DNA of 64,000 bases from Balanoglossus misakiensis (lineage: Eukaryota > Animalia > Hemichordata): positions 12,497,066-12,561,065 of the forward strand of contig CM082584.2 of NCBI GenBank assembly GCA_040954595.2. The letters are read 5' to 3'. The position numbers and the translations under genes were made by a program. The notes under the pieces are model-generated. The model was given only the letters and a program-made list of their open reading frames with translations, searched no databases and was not told the DNA's origin. Positions 24,401-37,900 of the stretch are shown here, one piece after another. Numbering within the stretch: position 1 is the first letter of the stretch; each line of letters begins with the position of its first letter.

Positions 24401-27400
24401 ATCCCAAGCCCCCTCAGCATGTTGTGAAGTGTTGCCATAGCGACTATGTGAATACTTATTAAACCTATGGGCAAGATGGGTGCAGATGAATAATTGAACA
24501 GCGTTACTGCATGTAGAGGAGAGAAATGTCACAAGTGTTGGATGAACCATTTTAAGGCATTTGTTGTACGAACAGTATTTTACTGATAACATCATTAATA
24601 TGCTCTTTACCCTTTCATAAAATAATAATTAGTATACAATAATGGTAAATTCTTTCCAAAATGTGAATAAGTCTTACCACACTTGCAAGTCAGGAACTGG
24701 TTGGTTTCTCCATCCCATTGCATTCATGAAATCATACATCACATAGTTCTGATTAATTCCTTCTGGGGTCAGCCCTGTTCCAACCATGCTACTGTTTGGG
24801 AATGCTCTGGCTTCTGATGGGCCCTGTAGTTACATATTGACATTATGTACATGACGGTTTTTGCTGATCCACACAAATGTTTCATAAGTACATGGATCAC
24901 TGATGTAGAATAACACTTACCTTGTTTACTGAGTCTATGACACCATACATTCCAAGGTTGCCACCAAAGTTGTGTAACATACACCATATGAATGGCTGGC
25001 CATAGAAGGAGTTGGCTTTCTGGTAAATGGGTCTCACTTCTGCAAACAAGTCCAGAACTACCATTTTACCCTGCGTAGAAATGAAAGAATTGGATTGGTA
25101 ATAACATCTTGCATCCTGCTTTCACAATTAAGCTAGGTGTGCATTCTAATATTAAGTTACATTGACATGAAAGCATTTATATTCATATATGCGTATGCGA
25201 AGAATTGCCAAAGAACATACCAGGGGAACACCCAATACATAAGCTTTGATTTCTTCAGGCCCCCAGAATCCACTTTGAAAGAGCCAGCCTTGCATTAGCC
25301 AGATGGCATCTTTATCAGCACCCAACATCCCATCATGCACTGCTTTACTTGCTGCTGCCAAGTACCCAGCATCCCTAGAGAGAGACAGGAAATAAAACAA
25401 TAGTACATCACCCTAAAAAATATAAACATCTGAAATCATATGTGAATTTTCAAGACAAATATATTTTTCACTCCTGTGTTCTATGTTGGTGTCAATTTGC
25501 TTTTGACAACAAACTTTAACTCATTAAAAAGTAGATAAAGTCAAGAATTACAAGAATTTTGAACTTACTTGGATGGTGGACTGAGTTCATTGAAGGTGTC
25601 TGTGTTATAGATGTGATCTGTACCAAATTCTTTGATGTACTTAGAAGATAATTATAAGAAACAGAAAGGTAGTAAATATCAGGGACACAAAACATCTCTG
25701 CAAATTTAACTAATAGCAGACTTTGTGCAATTGTACTAAGAGCACTGGACACTGTCCATCAGTTTGCTTTTCTTGATGCTGTAAGGGAAGATAAACTCCC
25801 ATGAGAAACACTTGTTACCTCTGATAAAAATGTCGCTGAAACTTTGGTGAACAGCGGATCCAGGGGACTTAGAAGGTAGGAACTGCAAAAATAACAAAAA
25901 GAGACCACAAAGATAGAGTATAACAGCATAAGACATTAATAAGCTGGAAAGAAAGCTAGGTTACAATATCTTTCACATGTATAGCCTGAAAACTACTCTG
26001 TGATTTAATATCTGTTGAAAACAACAGACCAAATTGTGTTGGTCACTCACATGAATGTCTACTGGGCTAGAGTAGCCAGGTTTATGAATTTTGCTTGATG
26101 TCCCAACTTACCAGCAATATGTTTCATTGAAATGACCCCAATCTCCGAGTCTTGTGATGTTGGCTTCAGGATATATCCTGCAATGAACACGAATATCTCA
26201 CAATCTAGTATTCAAAAAATCTTGAAGGTTTACTACAAGGATTTTTCTCTGTATTTCTCATTTTTATGTTATGACATGTAGATTGTACAGGTGTGCATAT
26301 CATTACTGATTCCTAAGTGCTCTAACAGTCATGTATTATTTATTTGTTGAAGTTTAAAAATTCATATGCAGCGGAGGATTTGTACTTGTACATCAATTCT
26401 AAATACAGCTACATGCCCACAAAGAAAAACATGTAGTCATCCCAATCTACACTAATCAGTATCGAGACATGAAATTTTTAGGGATTCTGTATATTACTAA
26501 AACATTACCTTGTGAAGCCTTTGGGTACAAATCCACCAAATGCAGGCAATACAGGAATTATTCCAAACTCTCTCATTCTGTGTAGAATTTTGTGTTGCAG
26601 CTGGAGTTGATAGTCGTGCCATGACTGCGATAATGGTCCTCCCCAGCCTCGCATGTTCCCCATTCTTGCCCTAAGAGGTTCACGGGAAATGAGCAAAAGG
26701 GTTATAAGCTTCATATCTGATACTCAAGACTGCAGAGTTTTCTGAAGCAGCTGAGAACTCTGTGATAGATTAGGGTTACTATGTGGATGTGACTGCATTT
26801 ATATTCTTACCATGCCAAGAAAGCTGGCCCACCAAAATATTGATCCAGTTCATTCTGTGTGAGACCCATCTTCAGATACACTCTCTGCCAAATAACTTCC
26901 TGGCCGTTAAATGCCAGTGGCAAATTGATTCCGTTCATGGCCATCCAGTCAATCTCTCTTTCCCACCGATCCCAGTCCCACCAAACAAAGGAATAACTCA
27001 CAGTGCAAACATTCTGGTAATATCGGAACCTGAAAGCAATTTGACCAAATGGAAAGTTTGAGCAAGTTGAGGAAAAGTTGACACAAACAGATTTTATTGT
27101 CTAAAACAATTTGTGCTCCAACGTATTGCAAATGCAAGGAATGCAAAGACGCCCTCATAGGTACAAATTACTTTGCATTTGCTGACTTGAATGACTGTTA
27201 AAAGTAGGCATTTTGTACTTGCAATTGCGTGTAAAGACTGCCCTCAAAAATCCAATACTTTGTGTTTCCATGATTACTTTACTGACCTGTTTGGGCTTGT
27301 AGTCTGAATTTTGGGTTTGACAAGTGGGAGCTTGGATGGCACATTGAGTTGATCTCCAGACCATGATATGTGACAGTGACAGTACGTATTCAGATAATGA

Positions 27401-27959
27401 TAGAACGCTGATGCTGCTGCAACTCCAGTAGTTCCTCGGACTGTGATTTCATCTGAACCTGTTGTCTCTACCTGCAGCAATGACATAGAACAATGCAAGC
27501 TAGTATGTTAAAAGAAATGAGCCTTACAAGGGATACAATCTCCTCTATTCTATTTTAATGGGTGCAGGAAAACTGCTTAGTTTTGAGCAAAGATTGTCTT
27601 CTTCCACCAAACTTGTTGATGTCCACTCCAGAAAGGCAAAGGCTGAAGAATTTATATATAGTCTTCATATTACAAGATACGTTTCTGTTTGCATACCTCA
27701 AATGTATCCAAGTTTGGAGGTCCTATGGTGGGATCTACAACCACTTGAAACTGGGCTGCCCTCCCAGGAAGTAATCTGTTAATCAGAGCTTTGACTGCCT
27801 GTGCCTGAGTCTCATTTGATACCGATGGTCTCAAATGATCCAGTGTCTTGAAAGCTGATGATCAACAGAAAAGTTTCAAAACTTAATCTTGGATGGTGGA
27901 GGTACATAATATTCTAATTAAGACATATCGACCATTTATTACTTTTCAACAAATCAACA

Positions 27960-27990
<31 letters not shown>

Positions 27991-28128
27991 GGTTGTTGGA
28001 TGCTCGACGTACGCTTCGAGCCCCGTTACCATGACAATATTACACTCACCTGTGGAGCTATGTACGTGTTTGCAAAACACACTGATGGCGACAAAGACGA
28101 TTGTCACGCGAAAGAATGAAATCGTCAT
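21430..28128 (-). CDS. NAGLU: Alpha-N-acetylglucosaminidase (GH89), multi-exon, with a duplicated internal exon
   Basis: Signal peptide [20 protein letters not shown]; [38 protein letters not shown]; [12 protein letters not shown]; catalytic-region motifs DTFNE and [10 protein letters not shown]; WLMQGWLF; [12 protein letters not shown]; stop after ...EDFMKML. Confidence 0.96.
23567..23726 (-). CDS. NAGLU: NAGLU alternative exon B (160 nt)
   Basis: TGCAG acceptor, GTAAGT donor; open reading (W)[53 protein letters not shown]. Confidence 0.85.
23762..23825. repeat. 16-bp minisatellite x4 (ATAGAGTAGATGGAAC)
   Basis: Four tandem copies read directly; they lie just upstream (in the gene's direction) of the exon B acceptor. 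Confidence 0.9.
24305..24464 (-). CDS. NAGLU: NAGLU alternative exon A (160 nt)
   Basis: CATAG acceptor, GTGAGT donor; open reading (W)[53 protein letters not shown]. Confidence 0.9.
27961..27990. repeat. (ATCA)n microsatellite in NAGLU intron 1
   Basis: About 7 tandem ATCA units. Confidence 0.9.
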
Positions 28129-28925
28129 TTTCCACACCAAACCAAACAAGCGAACCACGTACTCAACGTACAGAATCTGCCCCGCCCCCCTCAGTGATCT
28201 CACAACCCAAGTTTTGGAATCAACCCAGTCTGATCCCGGTCACTCCCTGCTCCGTGAAAGTTCTGTAGCGATACGGATAGACTAAAAGGCATAAATTGCA
28301 CCAAGAACAGCCACTTTCGTTCGATGGATTGCCCTATGCACATGTATTTCTGTATTTCTTACTCGGAGTGCTTCATTTCCGGGTTCATTGAAGGACACGA
28401 AGATCAGGTGACCAATCATGTGACCAGAAAGTAAACATTTTAATGTTTCAGATAACAAGAATGCTGTGTTGTTCATCCATCTAAAACATGTAAAATTTAA
28501 CATAAATTCTCAATGAAGTCAAGACTCTGTGGTAGCGTCTGCTGTCTAGACTTTATCTTGCTTAGGTCACGAAAGGTCACTACGCTGCGATGTTCATCTG
28601 TTTTTTAAACACACATGCTCGCTTTCTGATGACGTAATTCACAAACTGCACTCGGAAGTTGAATCAAGGACAGTGGTTTTCGATTTCAGGCCACGGACGT
28701 TCCGGGGTAGTGACACGGAAAATTTGTACCCGCCCTTGGCAGTGAACCGTTGCTTTTCTTTGTTAAACCACCGACGACACAGCCTATATGGTTTCAAGTA
28801 TAGCTCAAAATAATGAGTCGAACATGTAAAACATGCGCAGAGACATGAGATCGAGAATGTTCATCTGTTGTGCGGGACACACGATGAAGTGAGCAATATT
28901 ATTGTTGTCGACGCAATGTGAAAAA
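28129..28925. promoter_or_regulatory. Putative bidirectional promoter NAGLU / SSUH2-like with M-box/CLEAR-like and DR4 motifs
   Basis: TCATGTGACC at 28416-28425, ATCAGGTGAC at 28403-28412, AGGTCA-cgaa-AGGTCA at 28564-28579, TGACGTAA near 28630; CpG-richer sequence between divergent ATGs. Confidence 0.5.
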
Positions 28926-31900
28926 ATGGAAGAGAATCCTACAGATTTTTCACCCTACGGCGCATCGCAAGAGCCAGAAAATGTCAGTCTTACTGAAGTA
29001 CCATTAGAAGGTAAGAATGACAATTTCATACTTCATGATCTACTTATCATCATGGAGCCATCTACTATTCAGGCACATATGAAATGTGACATTTTGAGGA
29101 AAGCGCATAAACAGTCTTATGCAAAATAGTTAGCATTTCATGATCAGCATGTTGCACAGAGTCGAACAAGAAACTGCGGTTGACATAATGTATTAACCAG
29201 AATCTTGGCTGTGGTTGAGAATCAATGAGACTGTGATCTTCTTTCTGGAGCATGTCAAAAGATGTGTAGTATTCAGCTCTTTGTATTTCTGCCAGTCAAG
29301 GGCAGTACCGGGAAGTCCTTGTGCCCCAGGGTTCCTTTATTAACAATTCAGTCCTCAGGTGGCAGGGCAGCAGAAATGCTACTAGGGTTAATCCTAAAAC
29401 GGTTGCCATTAGCCAGATGTGCTATTGCTATGAAAGTAGTCACCTTTAATGAATGAATGCATTCACCTTTGACCTGTTCAACAGACAACTTAGATGAACC
29501 TGCTGAAATAGAGGTCACTATCACAGATGAAGGTGGGACAGCCAGATACGGAATCTCAAGACAACAGGTGCAATCGACAGAAGGCAATGAAAGTGCTGTA
29601 GTCGTTGAAGATGGAAGCAGAGATACTTCGCTGCAAGATACTCCACCAGGGGGAAGTGAGGAAAGCGCAGAAGTTCAAAGAGAGCGTGTTGTCTCTCTTC
29701 CATCATACAATGAGTTGTACGGTACTATGATTTACAAATATTTTACTACAGCTGTAGGGGTCATTTCTTGTTCTTATAATAATTCACTATTGGACTCTAA
29801 TCTTTCTTCTCTCACATTTTATAAAGGAGGATTAAAAACTATTACTGTTTCTGATTCATCTCTACAGGAGAATTTGTTCAGATCCCTCCCCCAGAAGCCA
29901 TGTCAACACTGCCTATAGGTGGCCGCAGTGGAACCTTAACATTTCGACCAGAAGCGGAGTAAGTTTTCAGGGTTTTATACACTTTCCCCAATTCATAGTG
30001 TCATTAAAACACGTTTGTTTGTTGCTAAAAATTTCAAAGTATTCTCAAAAGAAGATTGAGAGACAACTTACTACTGTAATCAATTTTGAAACTGACAAGC
30101 TTTCACTTCTTTATTTTTCCACAGCCCTACATTTTTGTCAGAGATACAGATCAAAGACGCTTTGCTGCAGCATGTCACTGAAAAATGTTGCTACGGTTAC
30201 GCTGCAGCAAGAGAAATGGACATTGCCAACACTGTGCCATCACACGCTATTCATGTAAGTATTTAAATAAATAAATACAACAATATCAGTAGAAATGTAA
30301 AAGTTAGACTTCACACACCCAAGTGACGATATTTCAAGAATGTCTACAGCGCCACCAATGTCCTGATATGTATATTTACCATCTTTTGTTTTTCAACGTC
30401 GACACCAAGTTTAGATCTACCACTTGTTTGTGTTGAAAAGAACCACAGTGTGAAGTACCTGAGTAAAGATCAAAGATTCTAACAGATTCAATTTTCTTGT
30501 TTACAGTACAGACTGGTGTCATTCACAGAGCAAAGAGAGTCCAAGAAAGTCTACCAAACTTATCACGGTATGTTCATGAACATTCATCAAAAATTGAAGA
30601 TACCCTTTCTTGAACTTTGAACCTAAAAGGTCAGTTGAAACCATCCAATCAGCACACATTAACACCTTTAATTTTTTTCTTCACTCAGGCGAGGCTGTAG
30701 ACAGATGCAGACCGCCGCCGGCGATATGGGACATCGTTGTTACCCCAAGTCAACTTTTCAGAGAAGAAGAACAGACTGTTACTGTGCCATACTCTGGGGA
30801 AGTCAAGCCATGTTACAGATGTCATGGTGTTGGAAAGATCAGATATCACTGTGCCAGTTGTTCTGGGAGGGGACGGGTAGGTTGGAAAGTTGCTTGACAC
30901 TCCACTGCGATGAGTTGTTTTTCAGTCAGCTTTCACCATGGTTTGCTCTCAATTATGTATACCTACACAATGGTGTCCAACTCATGCAACCACCAGATCC
31001 TTTTATGAGTGTACATCACCAGTATAGTGAACTGGCATCGCAATCCTTTTTGTATCCACAGACATTATGTTCTTCCTGTAATGGCAGTGGTAGCCAGCAG
31101 TCACACAGGACCAATGAGATGCATGCTTGCAAGAGATGTTATGGAGAAGGAAACATCAGGTGATGGCAGTTCTCTTATGTCAATAGTCATAAAGTCACAA
31201 TGTCAAAAGTAGCACAAGCTAGCGTTAGGGGTTAGTCTGCTATAAAACCCAACAAAAACCTTGTTCCGTCACACTTGTGAAGGCGCCCTCTGGAGTCAAA
31301 AAACAGTTCTGGATCAAAATTTCTGTTCATATATCACGTTTTCGGGAAGTCTTAAACTGTGTAACTGTAAATTTAGATGCTGTTAAGTTTTATGTATTGT
31401 CGTAATGGAAATGAGCTCGAGAATACCCAGTTCAGAATTGAGTCAATCAGTACCGATCATTGATCCAAAACACGAGACTTGAGACACCTACATGCGAGTG
31501 TTGCAAATCTTTCCAGAAGGCATTGGTGACAACGTGGGACAGATTAGCATTAGACTAGATTCTCTTCCATTAATTCACGAATTCTGGGAAACTGAGAAAC
31601 TGATTACATTTAAGAAGGACACTGACTTCAGATATCCATAGAGTGTGTAATGTGTTCACTTTCCTCTTCAGAGAGGATTTAGAACCAGACAATTTGAGTA
31701 GGTTATTTATCCCCAAAGCTGTACTCAGAACTGCATTAGATGTATCGTGATCCCCAACACAAAACAGCCACCCTGGGCCCACAGGACTACATGAAAAGTT
31801 GCCCTAGTTCTGTAACCATCACGTAGATTACAGTGTCCTATGTATCCAGTGTATCTATGGCTGTATGACTGACCTACAGTCCCAACACCGTACAACAACT

Positions 31901-34900
31901 AAACTGTACGGGAAAGTTCCCGCACTAGTTGTAGCAGTGTTGTAGCAGAGATGTTACGGCAACACCTCTATTGTTGGTTAATTGATGTTTTTTGTCTTAG
32001 TTTACGGCAACTACAAAGGTTCCCGTAGTTTGAAACAAAAGAATGTGTGCTCCATTACGGCAATTTGGGGCAGGTGTTACGGCAAGAAGGGCTAATGGGG
32101 AGGTGATTATCACCTGATGTGAACAATAGTTGTAGCAATGTCTATGTGTGATAATGAGCTCCGCCCATGTGGATTTTTGCTTGGTTGCGGGCAATTAATG
32201 TCCTGGCCTCACTAAGCAAATGCATTCCTTGCAAATCTTGACAGTGGGAAAGTCAGTTGTCAACCTTACCTAATATTTCCCCTGTCTCAGTAGCTTTACA
32301 TAGCTAGCTGACCGACTGCAAAGTTTTGTGTTGTGACTTATGCAGAACGCAAGCGGTTCTAAAAATAAACTTCCATAACACTTGGCGGTAAGTTGGCAGA
32401 GTATTGACTAATATGTTGCAATTGACGTACATTTTGTGACAACTAGGGCAAGGCCAACAACCTAATCAGGATATGCAAATTAGGTAAAGACGCACTCAAA
32501 ACAGCAAGGGACGCAATTTGTGGTTTCATTGCTTCCCCAGAGACTTGGGTAATAAAAAGCAAGCGCGACCACTGATAAAAGACAGCTGAATTCACAGCAT
32601 CCATTACGGCCTACCGTTCACCATACAATACACGTCTTACTGTGTAGTGGGAGGTCAAAATGTTTTTTTTTCATCAACTTGAACTCAGTATTATTCAACA
32701 AAAACATCTGCAAAAGATCCACTGTAAAAATCTAGCCGGATTCGACTTGCCACTTGCTTCAAATAGAAGTCCAAATATTTCTCTAGGCACATGTGTGTTC
32801 ACAATATTTCAAATGAAAAAAGTATAAAGAACACTAGCTTCCATTTAGGTTTACAGTCAAACAATGAATGGGGTGATAGACTGCCGATTGTCTTTACTTT
32901 CAAGTTGGAGGACACATCCCTTGGGAAACATTAACAGAGAACGTAGGTACGGGCACCAGAAATTGACCAGTGGCCTTACTTTAATATTGGTGGTTAAGAT
33001 ATGACAGTGTGGGCCCGCCCTGCCCCCGCGGCCCATTACCTGGCAAGAACAATGTGCAACTGACAACGCCAAGTCTCAAATTACATTACATTGCATATTA
33101 TTGAAATATGTATTCTTGATAAATTGTCTTTATTGTTGTGTTTATTTGTGTGTGAGAGAAAAAGAGCCGGCCTAGTACCGCAAGATGTGTTGTGCGGGTC
33201 AGGTTATTTGCTTGGCGCTAGCTTTTCAACGCTGTATTTTCTTGCCTACATGAATTTGTATTTCCTGCCTTGAGTGGGTCTTTTCGTCCAAATTTTATAG
33301 TTCTCAATGAGCGCGAGCGTACACAACAGAATGGGGGCAGTGCTGTATATTATTCGTCCGGATATACTGTAAAGACGGCTCATTGAATGTATTTTATCAG
33401 ACGCGGACTTGCCGGTCAAGAGACGTAGCCAGACAATGATAGACAGGCAAATTGTATCAAAGTTCTGCCCACGCGCACGTGGCTTGCTTAGACGTAAACA
33501 AATTGCGTGACTGTATAATGAGTAAACACGATAGGGGAACTTTCCGATCCCAGGAAAATGGCAGCGCAATATCAGCACATTGAATCACTTGCCGATCCAA
33601 TCAGTTCCATTCTCACACTATCGAACTTCTCTTTTTATCATGTCTCTTTCCAAAGTTTGTCATTGCACTGGTGAAAACAAACGTTTGTTTTCTGCCTGTT
33701 TTTAACATCTTCCCAGACTAATCACATGGGTAAACGTTGTAATCTCCGCTATCGGGGAATAAACCTGTGTTTACAAGTGGCATCAACTTGCAAATGAAAC
33801 ATTTTGTCATTTAGAAGTTTTCCAGTAAAAATAGAGGGGGCGGGCGTACTCCATCACAAGCACAGGTCGGCCAGTATTTTAATGTGCAGGTCGGCCCGGT
33901 GCGGAACACGGGTTGTTTTGCATATCATGCATGAATGGATAGAATTTGCGTGCAAAATAAACTTTTGCCAGATACACAACCTGTGCATACTACGTATGCA
34001 CGTACGTCTGTAAATCCACCTTGGCGGAAGGATGAATCAAACGTATTAATAAAGTTGGCCCAGCTGATACGAATCGAGTCTTGCTTTGCTCAAATATATT
34101 CTGCGATAATTGCTGTGATTAGCGGTTTGTCATTTCCAGATGCAAGGTAGTAGACAGGTGGCTTACCACCAGGTTAAAAGAAAGGTGCGTGGACAATCAA
34201 TCACTCCCCTTGTATAAATGTACATAATCCCATCTTAGCAGTTTGTCCTGGTTGAAATTCGGCGACAACCATGACAATGAGTGTATGTAAAATGCGCTCA
34301 AGGTCTGTCTGTAAAAAACAAGGTCAAATGTGGAACAGCTTCAGTCCGTCCGCGACGCGAAACACCCGACATTGTAATATCCGAGTCAGATTCGGAGAAT
34401 GAACCAAAACAACTCAACAATTCCGGTAGAGAAAGGGCATGATTTCCATGATGCCGGTGCATCATTTTGTTCAGAAATCTACACGCAAATTAATTTTATT
34501 AAACAGTTAAATGAAACAAAAAATAAAAATAAATGTATCAATGTGTGTGCGTGGGTCAACAATTTAACTGGCTCAATCAATCTGATTGATAGACCCCGCA
34601 GCAAAGTGTATCAACCTTGTTCAACAAACAAATTGCGTGAATATATAATGAGTAAACATGTAGGTCATTCATCCCAAACCGGCCAACTAATTGCTGCCAG
34701 TCACTTCCCGTCATGTTCAAGCGCTGCCCGTCGAAAAACGAGTGTATCCATTGCCGTAATAATAGAATATTGAAATAATACAGACCATTACTACTTATGA
34801 AACCCTTCAAAATTATAGTCAAGAAGACTCTCACAACGTGTCTGTTCTAAAGATCAAACTGCAGCTGATCGTGGTACTACAGGCCAACATTATCTTGTAA

Positions 34901-37900
34901 ACAAGCCGTACTATTTGTTATCATGGGGGGGGGGGGGGGCAAGGGTAAAAAAATGAAAGCCATTGTCTTTTAAGCTAAACCCAATTGTGAAATGCATCAG
35001 TGTGTTTGATTTTCCATTGGTCATGCTTTGTCTCTCTCAAATATTAATTGGTCCAGCTCCTTGAAAGAAAAGAAACCCCAGCAAAGCATGTGCATTCTAC
35101 AACACTGGGGTAGGGATGTGTTGACCTCTGTTCATGTCCACAGACTGTTCTGTTACCAAGAGAGTTCAGACTTTGTCTATGAACATAACATCATGAACAT
35201 AACATCGATCCAAAACTGACTTCATTGGTATTTGATGTCAGCCCTTTGCCATTTTATTTTTAGACAGAGCTTCTTTTGTAAACTTTGTGATACAATGTTG
35301 CAGTGACCTGTTGCAAAAATGTTGCACTCTAGTTCTAGACCTGTCAATCACTCTAGTTGTAGCAAAATAATCAACACCTTGAACAAAAGGCATCACTCTG
35401 TGGGGGCTAATTGACAGGTGTTGCAGCAGTATTTACGGGTAGAGGTGTTAAGCTTCCCTTGTTAATGGCTTGCCGTAAAGGAGTTGCCGTAGTTTTTACG
35501 GAAATGTAACAAAAGGAAATGGGCCTCAGACAATTGTTGCAGCAAACTCTGCTACAACTAACAATAGTTCCCGTAGGGGTTCCCGTAGTTCCCGTAGGGT
35601 TGACGTACTACTTGCCGTATTCAGAAATATACAAATAGTTGTTATGTTCTGTTGGGACTGTAGATTCAGTGTCGCAACCATCCCATTAAAAAACCCAGTG
35701 CGAGTAAAACACCTCTGGTGTGCATGAACTTCATTTCTGGTTCAGGTATCAGGATATCACTTGAGGGTTTGAGTGGTGCGTGTTACAACTGCTGTATTGT
35801 TTCAGAATTTTTAAAGTCATTCATTCCCATCATGATAAAAATGAGAGTCACGTTTTTCTGATGATTCTCTCTCCAGGTGTTTGACTTGTGGTGGAAGTAC
35901 AGAGACGCAGTGTCGAACATGTAATGGCAGGAAAATCTTGAAATCCACGACAGTAGTTCTAGTCAAGTTGTGAGTATTAATTTTGGATAATTTTTGCACT
36001 TATCTCATTTGTTTTCATCAAATGAGGGGTGTCAAGAGAAATCCATAGTCATATAAAACTCTTTAAACATTTTCATTATTTTTTTTTTTTTTTTGGGGGG
36101 GGGGGTACATCCAATGTTTCTATTCAATAAATTTCTCAGAGGAATTAAAAATAATAATACAGTAGTCATGCGCATTTTGTTTGCAACTCTATCAGTGAGA
36201 TTTTTATTGCAGTGCATTTCTTTCTGAACACAACCGACTCTCTCACGTCAATATATGAACTGTTTGTTATGCTTCCTAGCACCGGAGATTAAAATGTTGA
36301 TACAATTCGTACACATGAGGGTTCAACATAAGCTGATTGAATTTCAAGGTGGTTGGGGTTCAGAAAAATTAATGGAGTCAATATTTCTTCCTGCTAGGCA
36401 TGTCCAAACTTTTATTTACCCCTCAGGAAACAAAAAATCTTTTAGGTGAATATCAGCCTATGCTTTTCACAAGATATGACACTCCATGTAGATATTAATT
36501 GTAAATGGGGACAGGGCCCTTGGTCAGACCGTGGAGCCCTCAGCAGGAAAAATGTGATGAGAAGTTAATTGTGTCCTAGAGACTTCTCGGGTGATCGCAA
36601 GCAGCAGTATTCATGTAGAGTATACCCAGGGCTCTCCCTCCCCCCAGAGCAAGGCAGGGTTTCTAGGAAAGAGAGACAATAATTCCATCTACATCATGTC
36701 AAGTCATTTTGAGAATTTAGGTCATGAATTTGTCACCAGGCCAGGCAGAGTGAAGTATTTGTTCTACAGCATTGTCACTGCTGCTGTTTCTGATTTTGAC
36801 TTATTGTTTTAGACTTGTTCTATTTCATACTGTTACATCTGCTCATGGAGCTTTAATGACAATCCTTTTCTATTTGATTTAGTGGAATGCGTCATCATAA
36901 AATCAGATGCAAACTCAGAAAGATGAATCGTATGATCAATTTTCAATGCCAGACACTCTGGAGAATAACAACTCAATATAGTTTCTTTGTGTACTTTTAC
37001 CGTTTCATAAAAAATTAATACAGCCGGCAGATAATAAGCGACTACATTGTGGAGAGCATGAAAACTGATGTTCCTAAAGAATCGTTTGCACACGTTACAG
37101 GAGTCACGGTTTTGGAGGACATAGGAGACACGGTAAGAGAATTTCAACTGGTATGGGAAAATTGTTTAGAACACAGTTTAAATAGTTTTATCGTCTGCAA
37201 GATGAAAAGTAATATTCGACATCATAGAATTGATAAGATATTTACCCTGTTTGCTATTGCGGCGACGGCGATGTTATCCATGAATTTTTTCAATTTGATG
37301 AAAGCCAGTGCTTGTACATTATATAGACCTGTCAATTTATAGAACACAATGAAAACATATCGTAATTGTGAAGAAAAAAATTATTTTTTTAGTAACTCAT
37401 GTTTAATTGATAAGTCTGCAGGGTACATTCTTTGTATGGGGAAATAGCCAGTGATTGAATTGAACTTTGAAATTTATGATTTTTGTGTCATCAAACAGAC
37501 TAAGATACTTATAAGAATGATATAAAATGACAAGCCCAGTGGGCAAATACGGATAAATTATGAATTTGATCTTTCCAAGGATAGAAAAAATTGCCAGTGG
37601 GGGTGATTGCTTCGGATGTGATCCGAGCAAACAGGCCAGAAGCCGCTTAGACGGAAAAAAGTTCATATGTCCGGAACAGAAAGGAAATATGATTGTACGT
37701 GTTTATACGACTTGGCAGTTTGATGTCATGCGGATTCGTTGGGTGTATAAAATGCTTATATTCTTTACTGAGACTTGTAGTCCCTGCCTGCACAGGGCTT
37801 AATTGCTAATTATATTGAACTATTCAGGAAATATCTGCAACAGTTTGAAATAAGTGTCTTGAGTTTCAGGAAAGGCTAATTATCAGAACCAGGTCGCTGT

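Noticed and set aside
28626-28660. CTGATGA as a hammerhead ribozyme core
   Set aside because: No properly placed GAAA or flanking stems; better explained as part of a CRE-like TGACGTAA site.
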